Assembly: GCA_963712115.1 (NCBI GenBank)
Contig: CAVQGX010000032.1
Span: 96,001 to 160,000 of the forward strand
Direction of reading: 5' to 3'
Source: an uncultured delta proteobacterium
GTDB taxonomy: Bacteria > Desulfobacterota > Syntrophobacteria > BM002
Length of the DNA stretch: 64,000 nt
Part shown: positions 39,892 through 50,628 of the stretch, piece by piece
Layout of the letters: each line of letters starts with the position of its first letter
Position numbering within the stretch: the first letter of the stretch is position 1
Notes under the pieces: model-generated
Seen by the model: only the letters and a program-made list of their open reading frames with translations
Databases searched by the model: none
Told to the model about the DNA's origin: nothing
Translations under genes and position numbers: made by a program

Positions 39892-40923
39892 ATGGATGTT
39901 CGTGAACGACTCGGTGAACTGTTAATGGTTGGCTTTATGGGTCAGGAGATGACTGCGAATCTGGCCGCCCACATCCTCGACTTGCAGCCGGCCGGCCTTA
40001 TATTCTTCAGCAGAAACATCAGGGATCCCGAACAGCTGGCTCGGCTTACTTGGGAAATTCAGACCCTGGCACTGCGGGAGCTCGGACGTCCTCTTTTCCT
40101 GGCTGTGGATCAAGAGGGGGGCTCTGTTGCCAGAATGGGTCCACCTTTCACCCAAATTCCCCATGCCGCCGACCTTGGCAGCAGTGGTTCTGAGCTGGCG
40201 AGCCATTATTACGGGCTCACTGCCCGTGAGATGAATTTGGTGGGTCTAAACCTGAACCTGGCACCCGTTCTTGATGTTAGTTCAGGGGAGGTGATGGAAC
40301 ACCGTTCTTTTGGCCGAGACCCGTCTGTGGTTTCGCAATGCGGTATAGCAGCCATAGAGGCGACTCAGTCCGCGGGCATTATAGCCACCGTCAAACATTT
40401 CCCCGGTTTGGGTCGAACCCGAAAGGATCCACACCACGATTTGCCGGTGATAGCAGCGGATAGAGACGAACTTGACCGTTGCGATCTGCCACCCTTTAAG
40501 GCTGCCATCCAAGCCGATGCGGCCTGTGTGATGACTTCCCACACCATATATCCAGCTCTTGATCCAGAATATCCCGGCACATTTTCCCGCGCCATTATCC
40601 GCAGCCTGCTGCGGGATGAACTGGGCTTCGGCGGAGTGGTAATTACTGACGACCTGGAAATGGGAGCAGTGGTAGAGAGATATTCGCAAGGGGCTGCAAC
40701 AATAGCAGCTCTCAAGGCGGGCGCTGATCTCCTGTTGGTTTGTAATGATCTGAAAAAAATGTCTCAGACGGCCGGGGCACTTAGTCATGGTCTCGACCGC
40801 GGCCTTCTTGACCCTGATGATTTGACTCTTGCTTTGGCTAGGGTGGAAAAGCTCAGAAAAGCATACTTAGAGCCCGTCAACCTCGCTAATGTTGAAGCTG
40901 TGGCCGCTCACTTTTCCTCTTGA
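39892..40923 (+). CDS. nagZ: Beta-N-acetylhexosaminidase (GH3)
   Basis: VDQEGG, APVLDV, KHFPGLG and TDDLEMGA motifs; start set at MDVRER because the upstream extension is repeat DNA. Confidence 0.9.
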   Translation: MDVRERLGELLMVGFMGQEMTANLAAHILDLQPAGLIFFSRNIRDPEQLARLTWEIQTLALRELGRPLFLAVDQEGGSVARMGPPFTQIPHAADLGSSGSELASHYYGLTAREMNLVGLNLNLAPVLDVSSGEVMEHRSFGRDPSVVSQCGIAAIEATQSAGIIATVKHFPGLGRTRKDPHHDLPVIAADRDELDRCDLPPFKAAIQADAACVMTSHTIYPALDPEYPGTFSRAIIRSLLRDELGFGGVVITDDLEMGAVVERYSQGAATIAALKAGADLLLVCNDLKKMSQTAGALSHGLDRGLLDPDDLTLALARVEKLRKAYLEPVNLANVEAVAAHFSS

Positions 40924-40945
40924 TTCACCTTTTGCTCCTAACGGG

Positions 40946-42325
40946 CTAGACCGCGTCTGTTAATTGCTCGGCTTCCTCAACGTCTTCGGTCTCGCCATCT
41001 GCTGCAGCAAATTCCTCCCTGACTCTTGCCAACAGATCGGCCACGCTGAGACCATCAACTCCCTCTTTACCCTGCTCACGTACAAGTTTTAGCACCTCCG
41101 AAATAATCTTTCCGTATCCTTCAGTTACCATGGTTTCTGGAACGGATTCTCTCTGCTCCAATCCTTCCACCAAATCAAAAACCATGAGGTGCTTCATGTC
41201 CTTAGCTGGGAGAACTTCGTACCCATTCTCCCCACCGGCTTTTAAAACCCCCATATTTTCCATAATCTCTAAAAGCGCTCTTGTCTCATCTGCTGGTACT
41301 GTCAGCTCCTCCGCCAGTTCCATTATTGTTGGAGGCGACTTGCCCGCCTCGAACCGTTCACAGACCAACAGCAGCAATTGCAGGCCCCAGTAGCTTCTGT
41401 TCACCGTGGGTTGAGCTCGCCAGCGCTGCCGTAAACGGAACCGTGCTAGATTCTGGTGGGCAAAGGCAATCTCCGCCCCTAATAGTAAAATAATCCAGCT
41501 GACAAATATCCAGATAAGCAGCATAGGAAGCTGTGAAAGGGCCCCGTAGATTGCCCCGTAGGTTCTGAAACCAAACTGATAATGGATGTAGGCCAATTGA
41601 CAAAACTGCCAGAGTGTTCCACCTATGATTCCGCCCGCAGAGGCGGAGATCGGATTAACGCGCGTGTTGGGCATGAAGAGGTATATAAAGGAAAAGGCCA
41701 ACCACATGACGAAGAAAGGCGCTATTTTAAGTAGGTAGACATATATTCGACCCAATAGATCTATGCTTAGGAGTTCCTGGGTTACCAGGTGACTCTTGAC
41801 AAAAGTCATCAAACTCACGGACACGAACATTGCCACCGGCAGAATCACCACCAGACCCAGATAATCACTGCATTTTCTTAGCCAGGGCCTACCGCGATCC
41901 ACTTGCCAGATCTGGTTGAAGGCCATTTCAATGTTGGTTAGCACTAGAATCATAGTGAGAAAAAGAAAGGTTATTCCCAGAGTCCCCAGCGAGCCCACAT
42001 GGATGCGGGAAACATACTCCATTATACGTTCGGTGATTGGGTGGGATCCGCCGGTAAGCCTCTCAAGGAAAAAGGGCTCAAGCGCTTTTTGCACGCCGAG
42101 CCCCTTTAGGAGAGCAAACATAAGGGCCAGCAGAGGCACCAAAGTTAAAAGTGTGGTATAGGTGAGACCTGAGGCTCGCAGCAAACTGCTGTCTTTCCAG
42201 AACTCCCGCCAAACATATAATGCCAGTTGCAGCTGTTTGTAGATTGCACCTTTAAGGCGTGGGAGTTTATCGACTTCAATCAGCCAAACGTCATTGGTGA
42301 GAAATTTACGGACAGGACCGAACAT
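40946..42325 (-). CDS. YihY/BrkB family membrane protein with a C-terminal wHTH-like domain
   Basis: ASGLTYTTLLTLVP, AFNQIW, IYGALSQLP and LLGAEIAF motifs. Confidence 0.88.
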   Translation of the reverse strand: MFGPVRKFLTNDVWLIEVDKLPRLKGAIYKQLQLALYVWREFWKDSSLLRASGLTYTTLLTLVPLLALMFALLKGLGVQKALEPFFLERLTGGSHPITERIMEYVSRIHVGSLGTLGITFLFLTMILVLTNIEMAFNQIWQVDRGRPWLRKCSDYLGLVVILPVAMFVSVSLMTFVKSHLVTQELLSIDLLGRIYVYLLKIAPFFVMWLAFSFIYLFMPNTRVNPISASAGGIIGGTLWQFCQLAYIHYQFGFRTYGAIYGALSQLPMLLIWIFVSWIILLLGAEIAFAHQNLARFRLRQRWRAQPTVNRSYWGLQLLLLVCERFEAGKSPPTIMELAEELTVPADETRALLEIMENMGVLKAGGENGYEVLPAKDMKHLMVFDLVEGLEQRESVPETMVTEGYGKIISEVLKLVREQGKEGVDGLSVADLLARVREEFAAADGETEDVEEAEQLTDAV

Positions 42326-42467
42326 CGTATTTTACTCGCTCTGTTATTTCTATTGGTGAAAAGTTTACATTTGCTTAAGCAAGAATTCTGCCAACCTCAG
42401 TCCTATTTCCTTCTTGTTCTGCTGGTTTTATATGGTAGAATCGTCACAGCTTAGAGGGAGGGTAAAA

Positions 42468-42884
42468 ATGGCGTCTTTAAATCGTGTGCTTTTGATTGGG
42501 AACTTGGGTGCAGATCCAGAGTTGAGTTACACCCCTAGCGGCACTGCCAAAGCTACTATAAGGCTGGCCACCCACGAAGTCTGGACCAACAAAGAAGGAG
42601 AAAAGGGGGAACGCACCGAATGGCATCGGATCATTGCCTGGGGAAGACTGGCAGAAATTTGCGGAGAGTATTTAACTAAAGGCAGGCAGATATTCATTGA
42701 GGGACGATTGCAAACCCGTTCCTGGGAAGATCGGGACGGCAACAAGCGTTGGACCACGGAGATTGTCGCTTCCGGCATGCAAATGCTCGGCAGTCCCCGG
42801 GGAACCCCCTCCGAAACGGAGTTGCCCCCGGCCGATGTGGACGCACCTGACCTGCCAGAACCGGATGACGATATTCCCTTCTAG
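42468..42884 (+). CDS. ssb: Single-stranded DNA-binding protein
   Basis: [31 protein letters not shown] and a DDDIPF tail. Confidence 0.97.
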   Translation: MASLNRVLLIGNLGADPELSYTPSGTAKATIRLATHEVWTNKEGEKGERTEWHRIIAWGRLAEICGEYLTKGRQIFIEGRLQTRSWEDRDGNKRWTTEIVASGMQMLGSPRGTPSETELPPADVDAPDLPEPDDDIPF

Positions 42885-43035
42885 CTTTATTCCCTGGATA
42901 TCTCTGAGGTTTAAAGATTAGCTTGGTAAGGTCTGTGGAATTGCAGCTGAGACTGGGCAAAATCCTGCTCTGCGGGAGGGACTGTAAATCCAGCTAAACC
43001 TTGAGTTTAGCCGTCAATTGCTATTTCTTCAGTGG

Positions 43036-43236
43036 TTAGACCTCCTCCTGCTTCTCCTCAATCTTGGGTTTCTCGCTTTTGTTTTCTACTTCATCCGAGC
43101 CAGATGATGCCTTCCTGAAATTCTTGATACCTTTGCCGAGACCCGCACCAATTTCTGGTAACTTCCCGGCACCAAAAATTATCAAGATAATCACCAGGAT
43201 CACCAGCAATTCGGGCATGCCGATTCCGCCAATCAT
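43036..43236 (-). CDS. tatA: Twin-arginine translocase TatA
   Basis: [39 protein letters not shown]. Confidence 0.95.
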   Translation of the reverse strand: MIGGIGMPELLVILVIILIIFGAGKLPEIGAGLGKGIKNFRKASSGSDEVENKSEKPKIEEKQEEV

Positions 43237-43269
43237 ATCTCGCTCCTTCCTATCCCCGACCACCAGTTC

Positions 43270-43659
43270 CTACCACAAAGCCTCGAACTCATGCAATAAC
43301 TTGATGAACTCTTTAGAGTTGCGGTAGTGGTCCAGAGCTTTCTGATGCTGCAACCAGGTGCGCCAGATTTCCATCCACTCCTGATTGTGCCAGTAGCGTC
43401 CGGCTCCCGATTCTCCCATATTGAGTTCGAGGTAGACCTTATATTCGTCACCACAGCCAGAGCACAATGGATAAGGCAATGGGGAATGTTGTCTATCCTC
43501 AACTTCCTCGATCTGCGTGCCACACCTGGAGCATTTGAGCTGACACCGGGCGCATTGCAGTACCTTTTTTAGTACCTCGAGCTTTTCTTCGTCCAGCCCG
43601 TTGGTTTTTTCCCTTTGTTGCTGCTGGCGCCGCTTTTCTAACTCAATGATGTCTGCCAC
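43270..43659 (-). CDS. Hypothetical protein with a Cys cluster (possible Zn-binding)
   Basis: GTG start with RBS GGAGGG; CARCQLKCSRC...CSGC. Confidence 0.7.
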   Translation of the reverse strand: MADIIELEKRRQQQQREKTNGLDEEKLEVLKKVLQCARCQLKCSRCGTQIEEVEDRQHSPLPYPLCSGCGDEYKVYLELNMGESGAGRYWHNQEWMEIWRTWLQHQKALDHYRNSKEFIKLLHEFEALW

Positions 43660-43714
43660 GCCAACCCTCCACTCTTCGATTAAACCTTCAAAGTTTATAT
43701 TAATTTCCACACTA

Positions 43715-45043
43715 TCACGACGCCTTGTCTGAATCAAGCGATAGCTGATCCTCTCCCTCTTCCGTCTCAGGCTGATCCTCATCCAAATGGAACAATTTGC
43801 GCGTAACATCCAGGTAGGAGTCTTTGCGCGACCTGGTACTTATGCGTTTGAGGAAAAGAATGGGATCATGAAGCAATTTGTTGACTACAGACCTAGTCAG
43901 AACATTAATGGCTTCAATCTCCCCTCCAGAGAGAGAATCAAGTTGGCTTAGAGTCTTGTGAATTTCGGCCTTCCTGATCTGCTCCGCCTTCTCTCGCAAG
44001 GATACAATGGTGGGAACAACCTCTAGTGTTCGCAGCCAAGCGTCAAATTTCAGTGCCTCAGCTGAAATAATGTGCTCCGCCCTCGCTGCCTCTTTGATCC
44101 GCTCGGCCCGATTAATCTCGACAATACCTTGCAAGTCATCGATATTATATAGATATACATTGTCTATACGGTTTACATCGGGATCGATATCACGGGGCAC
44201 AGCAATATCTATGAAGAACAGTGGCCGGTTACGCCGTGCCCTCATCCGCTTCCTTACTTGCCCAGCGTTCAAAATGGGCTCGGGTGAACCTGTGGAGCTG
44301 ATAATGATGTCAGTCTTTCTTAACTCCTCTACTAATTCCTCCCACGGTACTGTAGACCCGTTGAACCTTCTGGCCAAGGCCAAGGCCCTCTCAAGAGTGC
44401 GGTTGGCTACGACAATTCGTTCGACCCCGTTGGAAATAAGGTGTTCCGCAGCCAGTTCAGCCATCTCTCCGGCACCAATAAGCAGCGCGATTTTCCCTTG
44501 CAGTTCTCCGAATATCTTTTTGGCAAGCTCCACCGCCGCATAGCTAATCGACACCGCGTTACTTCCTATTCGGGTCTCTGTACGCACCCGCTTGGCTACA
44601 GAAAATGACTTGTGGAGAAGCCTGTTGAGGACTACTCCAGATGCCTTGGCTTCAGTAGCCTGGCGGTAAGCATCCTTGATCTGTCCCAGAATCTGAGGTT
44701 CGCCCACCACCATAGAATCCAGACTGCATGCAACTCTAAAAAGGTGCTTGACGGCGTCTTGGTCAATATAAATGTAGAGATAGGGCTTTAGTGCCGCCCC
44801 AGTCTGACCATAAATTTCCGCCAGCAAACCTACCACAGCACTGATTCCCTCATCCAATCTTGGGGTGGTGAATAGCACTTCCATACGGTTACAGGTGGAA
44901 AGATAAAAAGACTCCCTCAGTGAGCGAATCTGGGCAAAATCGGATAGAGGCCCTTTGCTGTCCACACAAACAATACTAAATTTCTCCCGGATTTCCACCG
45001 GAGCGGTTTTATGGTTCAATCCTATGAGAACGATACGATCCAT
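43715..45043 (-). CDS. hemA: Glutamyl-tRNA reductase
   Basis: GLNHKTAPVEIRE, STCNRME, SLDSMVVGEPQILGQ, GAGEM and DIAVPRD motifs. Confidence 0.97.
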   Translation of the reverse strand: MDRIVLIGLNHKTAPVEIREKFSIVCVDSKGPLSDFAQIRSLRESFYLSTCNRMEVLFTTPRLDEGISAVVGLLAEIYGQTGAALKPYLYIYIDQDAVKHLFRVACSLDSMVVGEPQILGQIKDAYRQATEAKASGVVLNRLLHKSFSVAKRVRTETRIGSNAVSISYAAVELAKKIFGELQGKIALLIGAGEMAELAAEHLISNGVERIVVANRTLERALALARRFNGSTVPWEELVEELRKTDIIISSTGSPEPILNAGQVRKRMRARRNRPLFFIDIAVPRDIDPDVNRIDNVYLYNIDDLQGIVEINRAERIKEAARAEHIISAEALKFDAWLRTLEVVPTIVSLREKAEQIRKAEIHKTLSQLDSLSGGEIEAINVLTRSVVNKLLHDPILFLKRISTRSRKDSYLDVTRKLFHLDEDQPETEEGEDQLSLDSDKAS

Positions 45044-45052
45044 AGCGTTCAA

Positions 45053-45883
45053 CTAACCAAGGCTAAAACTGTGATGACCCTTGAGTATTAGACTTGCACC
45101 AACAAAGGTCACCAAAATAATACTGAAACCGATAATTGCCATAATGGCTGCCCGTCGGCCGCGCCACCCTACAGCTAACCGTTCATGGAGTAGCACCGCA
45201 TAAATCAGCCAGGTAATCACCGCGAGAATTTCCTTTGGGTCCCAATGCCAGAACGAACGCAAGACAGCACCGGCGTAAACGAAACCTGAGATAAGCCCTA
45301 CGGTAATAAGCGGAAACCCGAAAGTCAGGCAAACGTAGTTGAGCGAATCAAGCGTTTCAAGAGAGGGCAACCGCCGATAAAGAAGTCCAAAACTCTTTGT
45401 CTTGATCTGTCTTTCCTGGAGGAGGTACATAATGCCTGCGCAGAAGGCCAGAGCAAAGATGGCATTGCCGAAAAAGATGGTCGTTACGTGTAGGGTCAGC
45501 CAGAAACTTTTGAATAGTTGGCTATCGGGAATTATCCGTCCCGGGATGGCAGATGAAAGGATCATGAAAATTACGGCCAATGGTGAGACGAAAGTGCCAA
45601 AAACGCGGATGTTAAATTTCAATTGGAAGGCAAGATAACTACCCACAATGGCCCAGGCAAAAAGGGAAAAAGTCTGGGGCAAGGTGGTTACCGGCATCTG
45701 CTTTATTTGACCTATAAGTAAAGCTAAACCGAGAGAGTGGCTAAGAAATCCTGCCAGGAGAAACGCATAGGCAACCCGGTGTATGACCAATTCTGTGCGA
45801 ACAACGTAGATAAGGTAGCCAACCGTCCCCACTGAATATAGCAGGGTGGTTACAATTGAGAAGAGAAAAAGGGACTCACTCAC
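45053..45883 (-). CDS. ccsA: Cytochrome c biogenesis protein CcsA/HemX family
   Basis: Multi-TM; WLTLHV, LPSLETLD, WHWDPKE, GWRGRR; typical sirC-ccsA-hemA order. Confidence 0.85.
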   Translation of the reverse strand: MSESLFLFSIVTTLLYSVGTVGYLIYVVRTELVIHRVAYAFLLAGFLSHSLGLALLIGQIKQMPVTTLPQTFSLFAWAIVGSYLAFQLKFNIRVFGTFVSPLAVIFMILSSAIPGRIIPDSQLFKSFWLTLHVTTIFFGNAIFALAFCAGIMYLLQERQIKTKSFGLLYRRLPSLETLDSLNYVCLTFGFPLITVGLISGFVYAGAVLRSFWHWDPKEILAVITWLIYAVLLHERLAVGWRGRRAAIMAIIGFSIILVTFVGASLILKGHHSFSLG

Positions 45884-46542
45884 CAGGAGATCTCCAACTC
45901 TTTGAGTGAATAGTCCGATCCCAGGACTGTCTGCAAAATGTTATCCACCGCCGCAAAATCTCGTCTCCGCACCAGCTCAAGCAACTCCGATTTTACCAGA
46001 CCATCGAATTTTTCCTTGTTGGCTCGAGAGTCCTGACTCTCTCTGAGCAATCGGCTGCGTACCGCTCCCATTATCTCGAGGACTTCAGCGTACTCCGGTC
46101 CGAAACGCTGCTCCAGATCTTCACGGATTTGACGCGCTAAGGCCGGGCTTTTACCCGAGGTGGAGATAGCTAGAGTCAGAGCGCCCCGTTGGATCAAGGC
46201 GGGTAGGATGAAATTGCCCTCTTGAGGATAGTCAACCACGTTGCAAAGGAGTCCACGTTTTTCCGCATCTTTCGCTATTTGACAGTTGAGCTCAAAATCG
46301 TCGGTAGCGGCGATTACCAGGGAGCATCCCTCGAGCTGTTTTTCTTCATAATGGTTTCCCACCAAGTCAACAACCCCTTCCTGGATTTTCTCCGCCAGCC
46401 ACTCCACCACCTCAGGCGAAACTAACGCCACCGAGGCCCCGCAGCTCAGAAGCGTCTGAACCTTGCGTGCCCCTACTTCTCCGCCACCCACTACCAGACA
46501 AGGCCGGTTTTCTACTTTGAGGAAGATAGGGTAATAGTTCAC
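45880..46542 (-). CDS. Precorrin-2 dehydrogenase/sirohydrochlorin ferrochelatase (SirC / CysG N-terminal)
   Basis: YYPIFL, VVGGGEVGARK, IAATDD, NVVD, ISTSGKSPALA. Confidence 0.92.
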   Translation of the reverse strand: MNYYPIFLKVENRPCLVVGGGEVGARKVQTLLSCGASVALVSPEVVEWLAEKIQEGVVDLVGNHYEEKQLEGCSLVIAATDDFELNCQIAKDAEKRGLLCNVVDYPQEGNFILPALIQRGALTLAISTSGKSPALARQIREDLEQRFGPEYAEVLEIMGAVRSRLLRESQDSRANKEKFDGLVKSELLELVRRRDFAAVDNILQTVLGSDYSLKELEISW

Positions 46543-46771
46543 TGATATGATCTCAGAACGAAAAAGATAGCTCAAAAAGGTAGGATGGTGGTAACTCCTA
46601 CCACATTAAAACCGTCGAGGGCGAAAACTTGATACGAAAATGGTATGCCCTTTACCACGGGTGTAATTTGTAAAAATATCAATTCTATTAATCCAAATCA
46701 AGCAGAGAAATACGCAGCAACAAGCTTGACGCAGACTACCAATCATTTTAACATACCTCGAAACTCACTGG

Positions 46772-47040
46772 CCCGGATGTTTCATGAATTGCTTTCACGA
46801 GACCACAAAGATGGGCGTGCCCGCCTGCCACGCCTGAGTCCGCCTCAAGCGGGCGATGGCGGGCAGGCAACCGGGCAACCGTCCCGCGGTACCGCGTGAT
46901 TGGTCCCTAGGCGTACCTGAATGGTAAGTCGCAGGGTCCAACACCTGAGGACGCGCGGCCTCCGGCTCGTAGTGCCTACAGCTCGGAGAGAAGGACGATC
47001 ATATCCGTATTCGAAGTAAGCGGTTCATGAAACATCCGGG
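46772..47040 (+). mobile_element. MITE family A copy with two nested palindromic inserts
   Basis: Same TIRs; extra blocks at 46820-46868 and 46958-46990. Confidence 0.85.
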
Positions 47041-47057
47041 CTAACCCAGGTTGGGAA

Positions 47058-47822
47058 ATGCTCCGTTCTCTGCTGTTCTACCTCATACTGTTTCTGGCTA
47101 CAGTCTTTTGCAGTATTGCCGCCATCTGCGCCGCTCTGGTAACTCGCGGTGGCAATGGTTCTCATTTGGTAGGTCGGCTTTGGTCGCGGATCATGCTGTT
47201 TACTAGTGGGGTGAAGGTCCAGGTGGAGGGGCTGGACAACATCAACCCGGAAGAAGCATACGTATTCGCTGCTAACCATCAAAGTCAGTTCGACATCTTC
47301 ACCATACTCGGCTACTTGCCCACCCAGTTTCGCTGGCTCGCCAAAAAAGAGCTCTTTCGTATTCCTATATTCGGTGCTGCCATGAAAGGCGCTGGTTACA
47401 TCCCCATTGACCGTAGTAACCGCAAAGAAGCCTTCAAGAGCATTGATCTGGCAGCATCCAAAGTTCGGGAGGGAACCTCTGTTGTTATTTTCCCCGAAGG
47501 AACCCGCAGCTTGGACGGCAAACTTCAGTCCTTTAAGAAGGGCGGCTTTCACCTTGCAATCAAATCCAAGCGTCCCATCGTTCCGGTGAGCATCAGTGGA
47601 GCTTTTTCAATTCTTCCCAAAAAGGGATTCAGGGTCCGCCCTCGGCTAGTTAAGGTATGTGTTGGCGAGCCTGTACCCACCGAGGATATCACCCCACAGA
47701 ATAGAGATTGGTTGATCTCCGAAATTCGCCGGAGAATTCAAGAAAAACTGCCTCCCGAGGAAAAGGGTCAACCTGAACCGTTAAGGAGCCGGCCTTTTAT
47801 AGCGGACTCAGAAGTCCCATGA
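47058..47822 (+). CDS. plsC: 1-acyl-sn-glycerol-3-phosphate acyltransferase
   Basis: NHQSQFD, AKKEL, IDR, FPEGTRS and FKKG motifs. Confidence 0.9.
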   Translation: MLRSLLFYLILFLATVFCSIAAICAALVTRGGNGSHLVGRLWSRIMLFTSGVKVQVEGLDNINPEEAYVFAANHQSQFDIFTILGYLPTQFRWLAKKELFRIPIFGAAMKGAGYIPIDRSNRKEAFKSIDLAASKVREGTSVVIFPEGTRSLDGKLQSFKKGGFHLAIKSKRPIVPVSISGAFSILPKKGFRVRPRLVKVCVGEPVPTEDITPQNRDWLISEIRRRIQEKLPPEEKGQPEPLRSRPFIADSEVP

Positions 47823-48116
47823 ACCATGACCAATTGACGAATCATTTCTTAGAAAATTGGTACTTCCGGAATTTGCTTGGATGATCATCTATTTGCCATT
47901 GATGCCATGGTTCCCCTTGGACAGGGGGTGCTCCGAGGCGAAGTGCATCTGAGACACCGGAAGTACAACAAAATTCACCTCGGCGGTCTCGGCGAAATAC
48001 GGTTGAATAGAATGCTCTTTTTTTATGACGACACCATCTCCCCTTTGCCCGTTGCCCGTTTCGAGTTTTACTGCTTGGTGGTTACTTCTTAGTGCTTAGT
48101 TCGCGGAGCGCCGCAG

Positions 48117-48145
48117 TTGACACCGAATGTAACCTCTAGTATGAA
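48117..48145 (+). promoter_or_regulatory. sigma70-type promoter for ftsK
   Basis: TTGACA-17 nt-TATGAA. Confidence 0.5.
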
Positions 48146-48247
48146 GGATGGGAAATTCTCCCCCTTCGGGATTCTGCCGAGACCGAGGCGGAAAATGTGT
48201 CTTTTGTTCCAAGGCGGGCTGAGACATAGAAAGAGACGGACAAATAT

Positions 48248-50410
48248 ATGTTGTCCAAATTAGACCCTAAAGCAAGAGAAATTACCGCACTCTGCCTTTT
48301 GGGGCTGGCACTATTGCTATTTCTCAGTTTAGTTACTTATCACAACAGTGATCCAACAATATTTACCGCTTCTGGTGGTCAGCGTCCGGTCCAGAATGCA
48401 GTAGGAATTGTTGGTGCTAATATTGCAGCTATCCTCTTGGTCACAGTTGGAATAAGCGCATATTGGCTGCCCACCTTTCTTCTCCTCGGGGCTGTTTGGC
48501 TCTTTCTGCCCCGAGAAGGTTCACACCCACTGTTACTCGCCATTGGCTGCACCTTGCTCATAGTCTCCTCAAGTGGCCTGGCCACGCTCTATTGGCCTGC
48601 GCTCAGGCTCTGGGGTGAGTCTTTGCCGGGAAGTGGCGGCATATTGGGGCTGGTACTGAAAAAATATCTCCAATTTTATCTCAAGCCCATGGGAGCCTAT
48701 CTGGTCCTCTGGTTACTAGCCGCAGTGGCCATTCTGTTGGCAACTTCAATCTCAGTTGCCCGCACCGCCATTGCCCTGAATGCAGGGCTTACAAAACTTT
48801 GGCAGATCATCCAGAACATCAGAAACCAGCGCGAGCAAAAAGCAGAGCTAAACCTCAGAGCCGCTACTAAAGCTCCCGTTGTCAAGAGACAAAAAGAAAA
48901 AAAGGCTGAGGTCGAGGAACACGAACAGGCCCAGTTCAGGTTCATGGAAGCGGAAGGTGATTTTCGGCTTCCTACCGTCGCCCTGCTGGACTCGCCGGAC
49001 CACTCTGTGGAAACCCCGGACCAGGAAAGTTTGGTAATGAACTCCCGGATCCTGGAAAAAAAACTTGCCGACTTCGGGGTGGTAGGAGAAGTCACTGAGG
49101 TCTCACCTGGGCCGGTTATTACCATGTATGAATTCAAGCCGGCGCCGGGAATTAAAATAAGTAAAATTGTTAGTCTAGCCGATGACTTGGCTCTAGCTCT
49201 AAAAGCAGCGAGCATCCGAATTGTGGCGCCAATTCCCAAGAAAGGGACTTTAGGCATAGAAATCCCAAATGTCAGCCGCCAACAGGTGGTCATACGGGAG
49301 GTTGTCAGTAGCGCCGAGTATCGGAATGCTCAAGGCAAATTGATATTAGCCTTGGGCAAAGATATCCTGGGAAAGCCGGTGGTTACCGATCTCGCCCGAA
49401 TGCCCCATCTGCTTATCGCTGGTGCCACCGGCACGGGAAAAAGCGTTTGCCTCAACGCCATTACCATAAGCCTCCTCTATCGAGCCACCCCTGATGAAGT
49501 CCGCCTTTTGCTCATAGACCCCAAACGGATTGAGCTCTCCTCCTATGAGGGTATCCCACACTTGCTTCATCCTGTGGTTACCGATCCGAAGAAGGCAAAT
49601 ACTGCTCTCAAATGGGCGGTGGCGGAGATGGAAAAACGCTATGAGCTTTTGTCCCTAAGAGGAGTACGCAGTATAGAGCGATACAACCAAATGTTGTCGA
49701 AAGCTAAAACCCTTAGGCCAAGACCGGTAAGCCGACCAGTAGCTGAAGAGCCCGAGGGAGACGAGGAAAGGCACCTACCCTATCTGGTTATCATTATCGA
49801 TGAACTTGCTGATTTAATGATGGTCGCCTCTCGTGAGGTGGAAGAATCCATCATTCGTTTGGCTCAAATGGCACGAGCTGCTGGCATTCATCTCATCCTT
49901 GCCACCCAAAGGCCTTCGGTCGATGTACTAACCGGCATTATCAAAGCCAATATCCCGGCGCGCATATCTTTCCAGGTCTCTTCGAGGACCGACTCCCGCA
50001 CCATTCTAGATGCCAACGGAGCGGAAGCTTTGCTGGGGGCCGGCGATATGCTCATCTTACCTCCGGGAACCGCAAAGTTACAACGTATTCATGGTGCCTA
50101 TGCCTCGGAATCTGAAATCAGGCGTTTGACTGACTTCCTGCGCAAACAGCGAAAACCAGACTATGACGACACGATTTTGAACTACACCGACAAGGCCGAG
50201 GATTTGGACATTGAGGATGAAATTGATGAAAAGTACGATGAGGCGGTCCAGATTGTCATGGAAACCCGCCGGGCTTCCATTTCAATGCTGCAGAGAAGGT
50301 TGAGGGTGGGATATAACCGGGCTGCACGAATGATTGAGATGATGGAGCGTCAGGGTTTGGTAAGCGAGACAGACGGGGTCAGGCCACGGGAGGTATTGCC
50401 ACCGAAGTAA
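48248..50410 (+). CDS. ftsK: DNA translocase FtsK
   Basis: N-terminal TM domain, PHLLIAGATGTGKS, IIIDELADLM, ATQRPSVDV and a gamma domain (QRRLRVGYNRAAR). Confidence 0.97.
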   Translation: MLSKLDPKAREITALCLLGLALLLFLSLVTYHNSDPTIFTASGGQRPVQNAVGIVGANIAAILLVTVGISAYWLPTFLLLGAVWLFLPREGSHPLLLAIGCTLLIVSSSGLATLYWPALRLWGESLPGSGGILGLVLKKYLQFYLKPMGAYLVLWLLAAVAILLATSISVARTAIALNAGLTKLWQIIQNIRNQREQKAELNLRAATKAPVVKRQKEKKAEVEEHEQAQFRFMEAEGDFRLPTVALLDSPDHSVETPDQESLVMNSRILEKKLADFGVVGEVTEVSPGPVITMYEFKPAPGIKISKIVSLADDLALALKAASIRIVAPIPKKGTLGIEIPNVSRQQVVIREVVSSAEYRNAQGKLILALGKDILGKPVVTDLARMPHLLIAGATGTGKSVCLNAITISLLYRATPDEVRLLLIDPKRIELSSYEGIPHLLHPVVTDPKKANTALKWAVAEMEKRYELLSLRGVRSIERYNQMLSKAKTLRPRPVSRPVAEEPEGDEERHLPYLVIIIDELADLMMVASREVEESIIRLAQMARAAGIHLILATQRPSVDVLTGIIKANIPARISFQVSSRTDSRTILDANGAEALLGAGDMLILPPGTAKLQRIHGAYASESEIRRLTDFLRKQRKPDYDDTILNYTDKAEDLDIEDEIDEKYDEAVQIVMETRRASISMLQRRLRVGYNRAARMIEMMERQGLVSETDGVRPREVLPPK

Positions 50411-50628
50411 GCGCGTAGCGCTTAAGCGAGAAGGGCCAGACGAGGATAATCAGCAGGCAGCAGTTAGCGGGCAGGCTAAAAATACTATCTGTACAATCAT
50501 TGCTGTTTGCTGCGAGCTGACCGCTGCCAGCTTAATAACACTGGCTGAACCGGCTTAACGATTTCAACCACTTAATCGGGTTTAAAGATTTGACTAATCG
50601 ACTATTTGACCAACCAACTTTCTACCCT

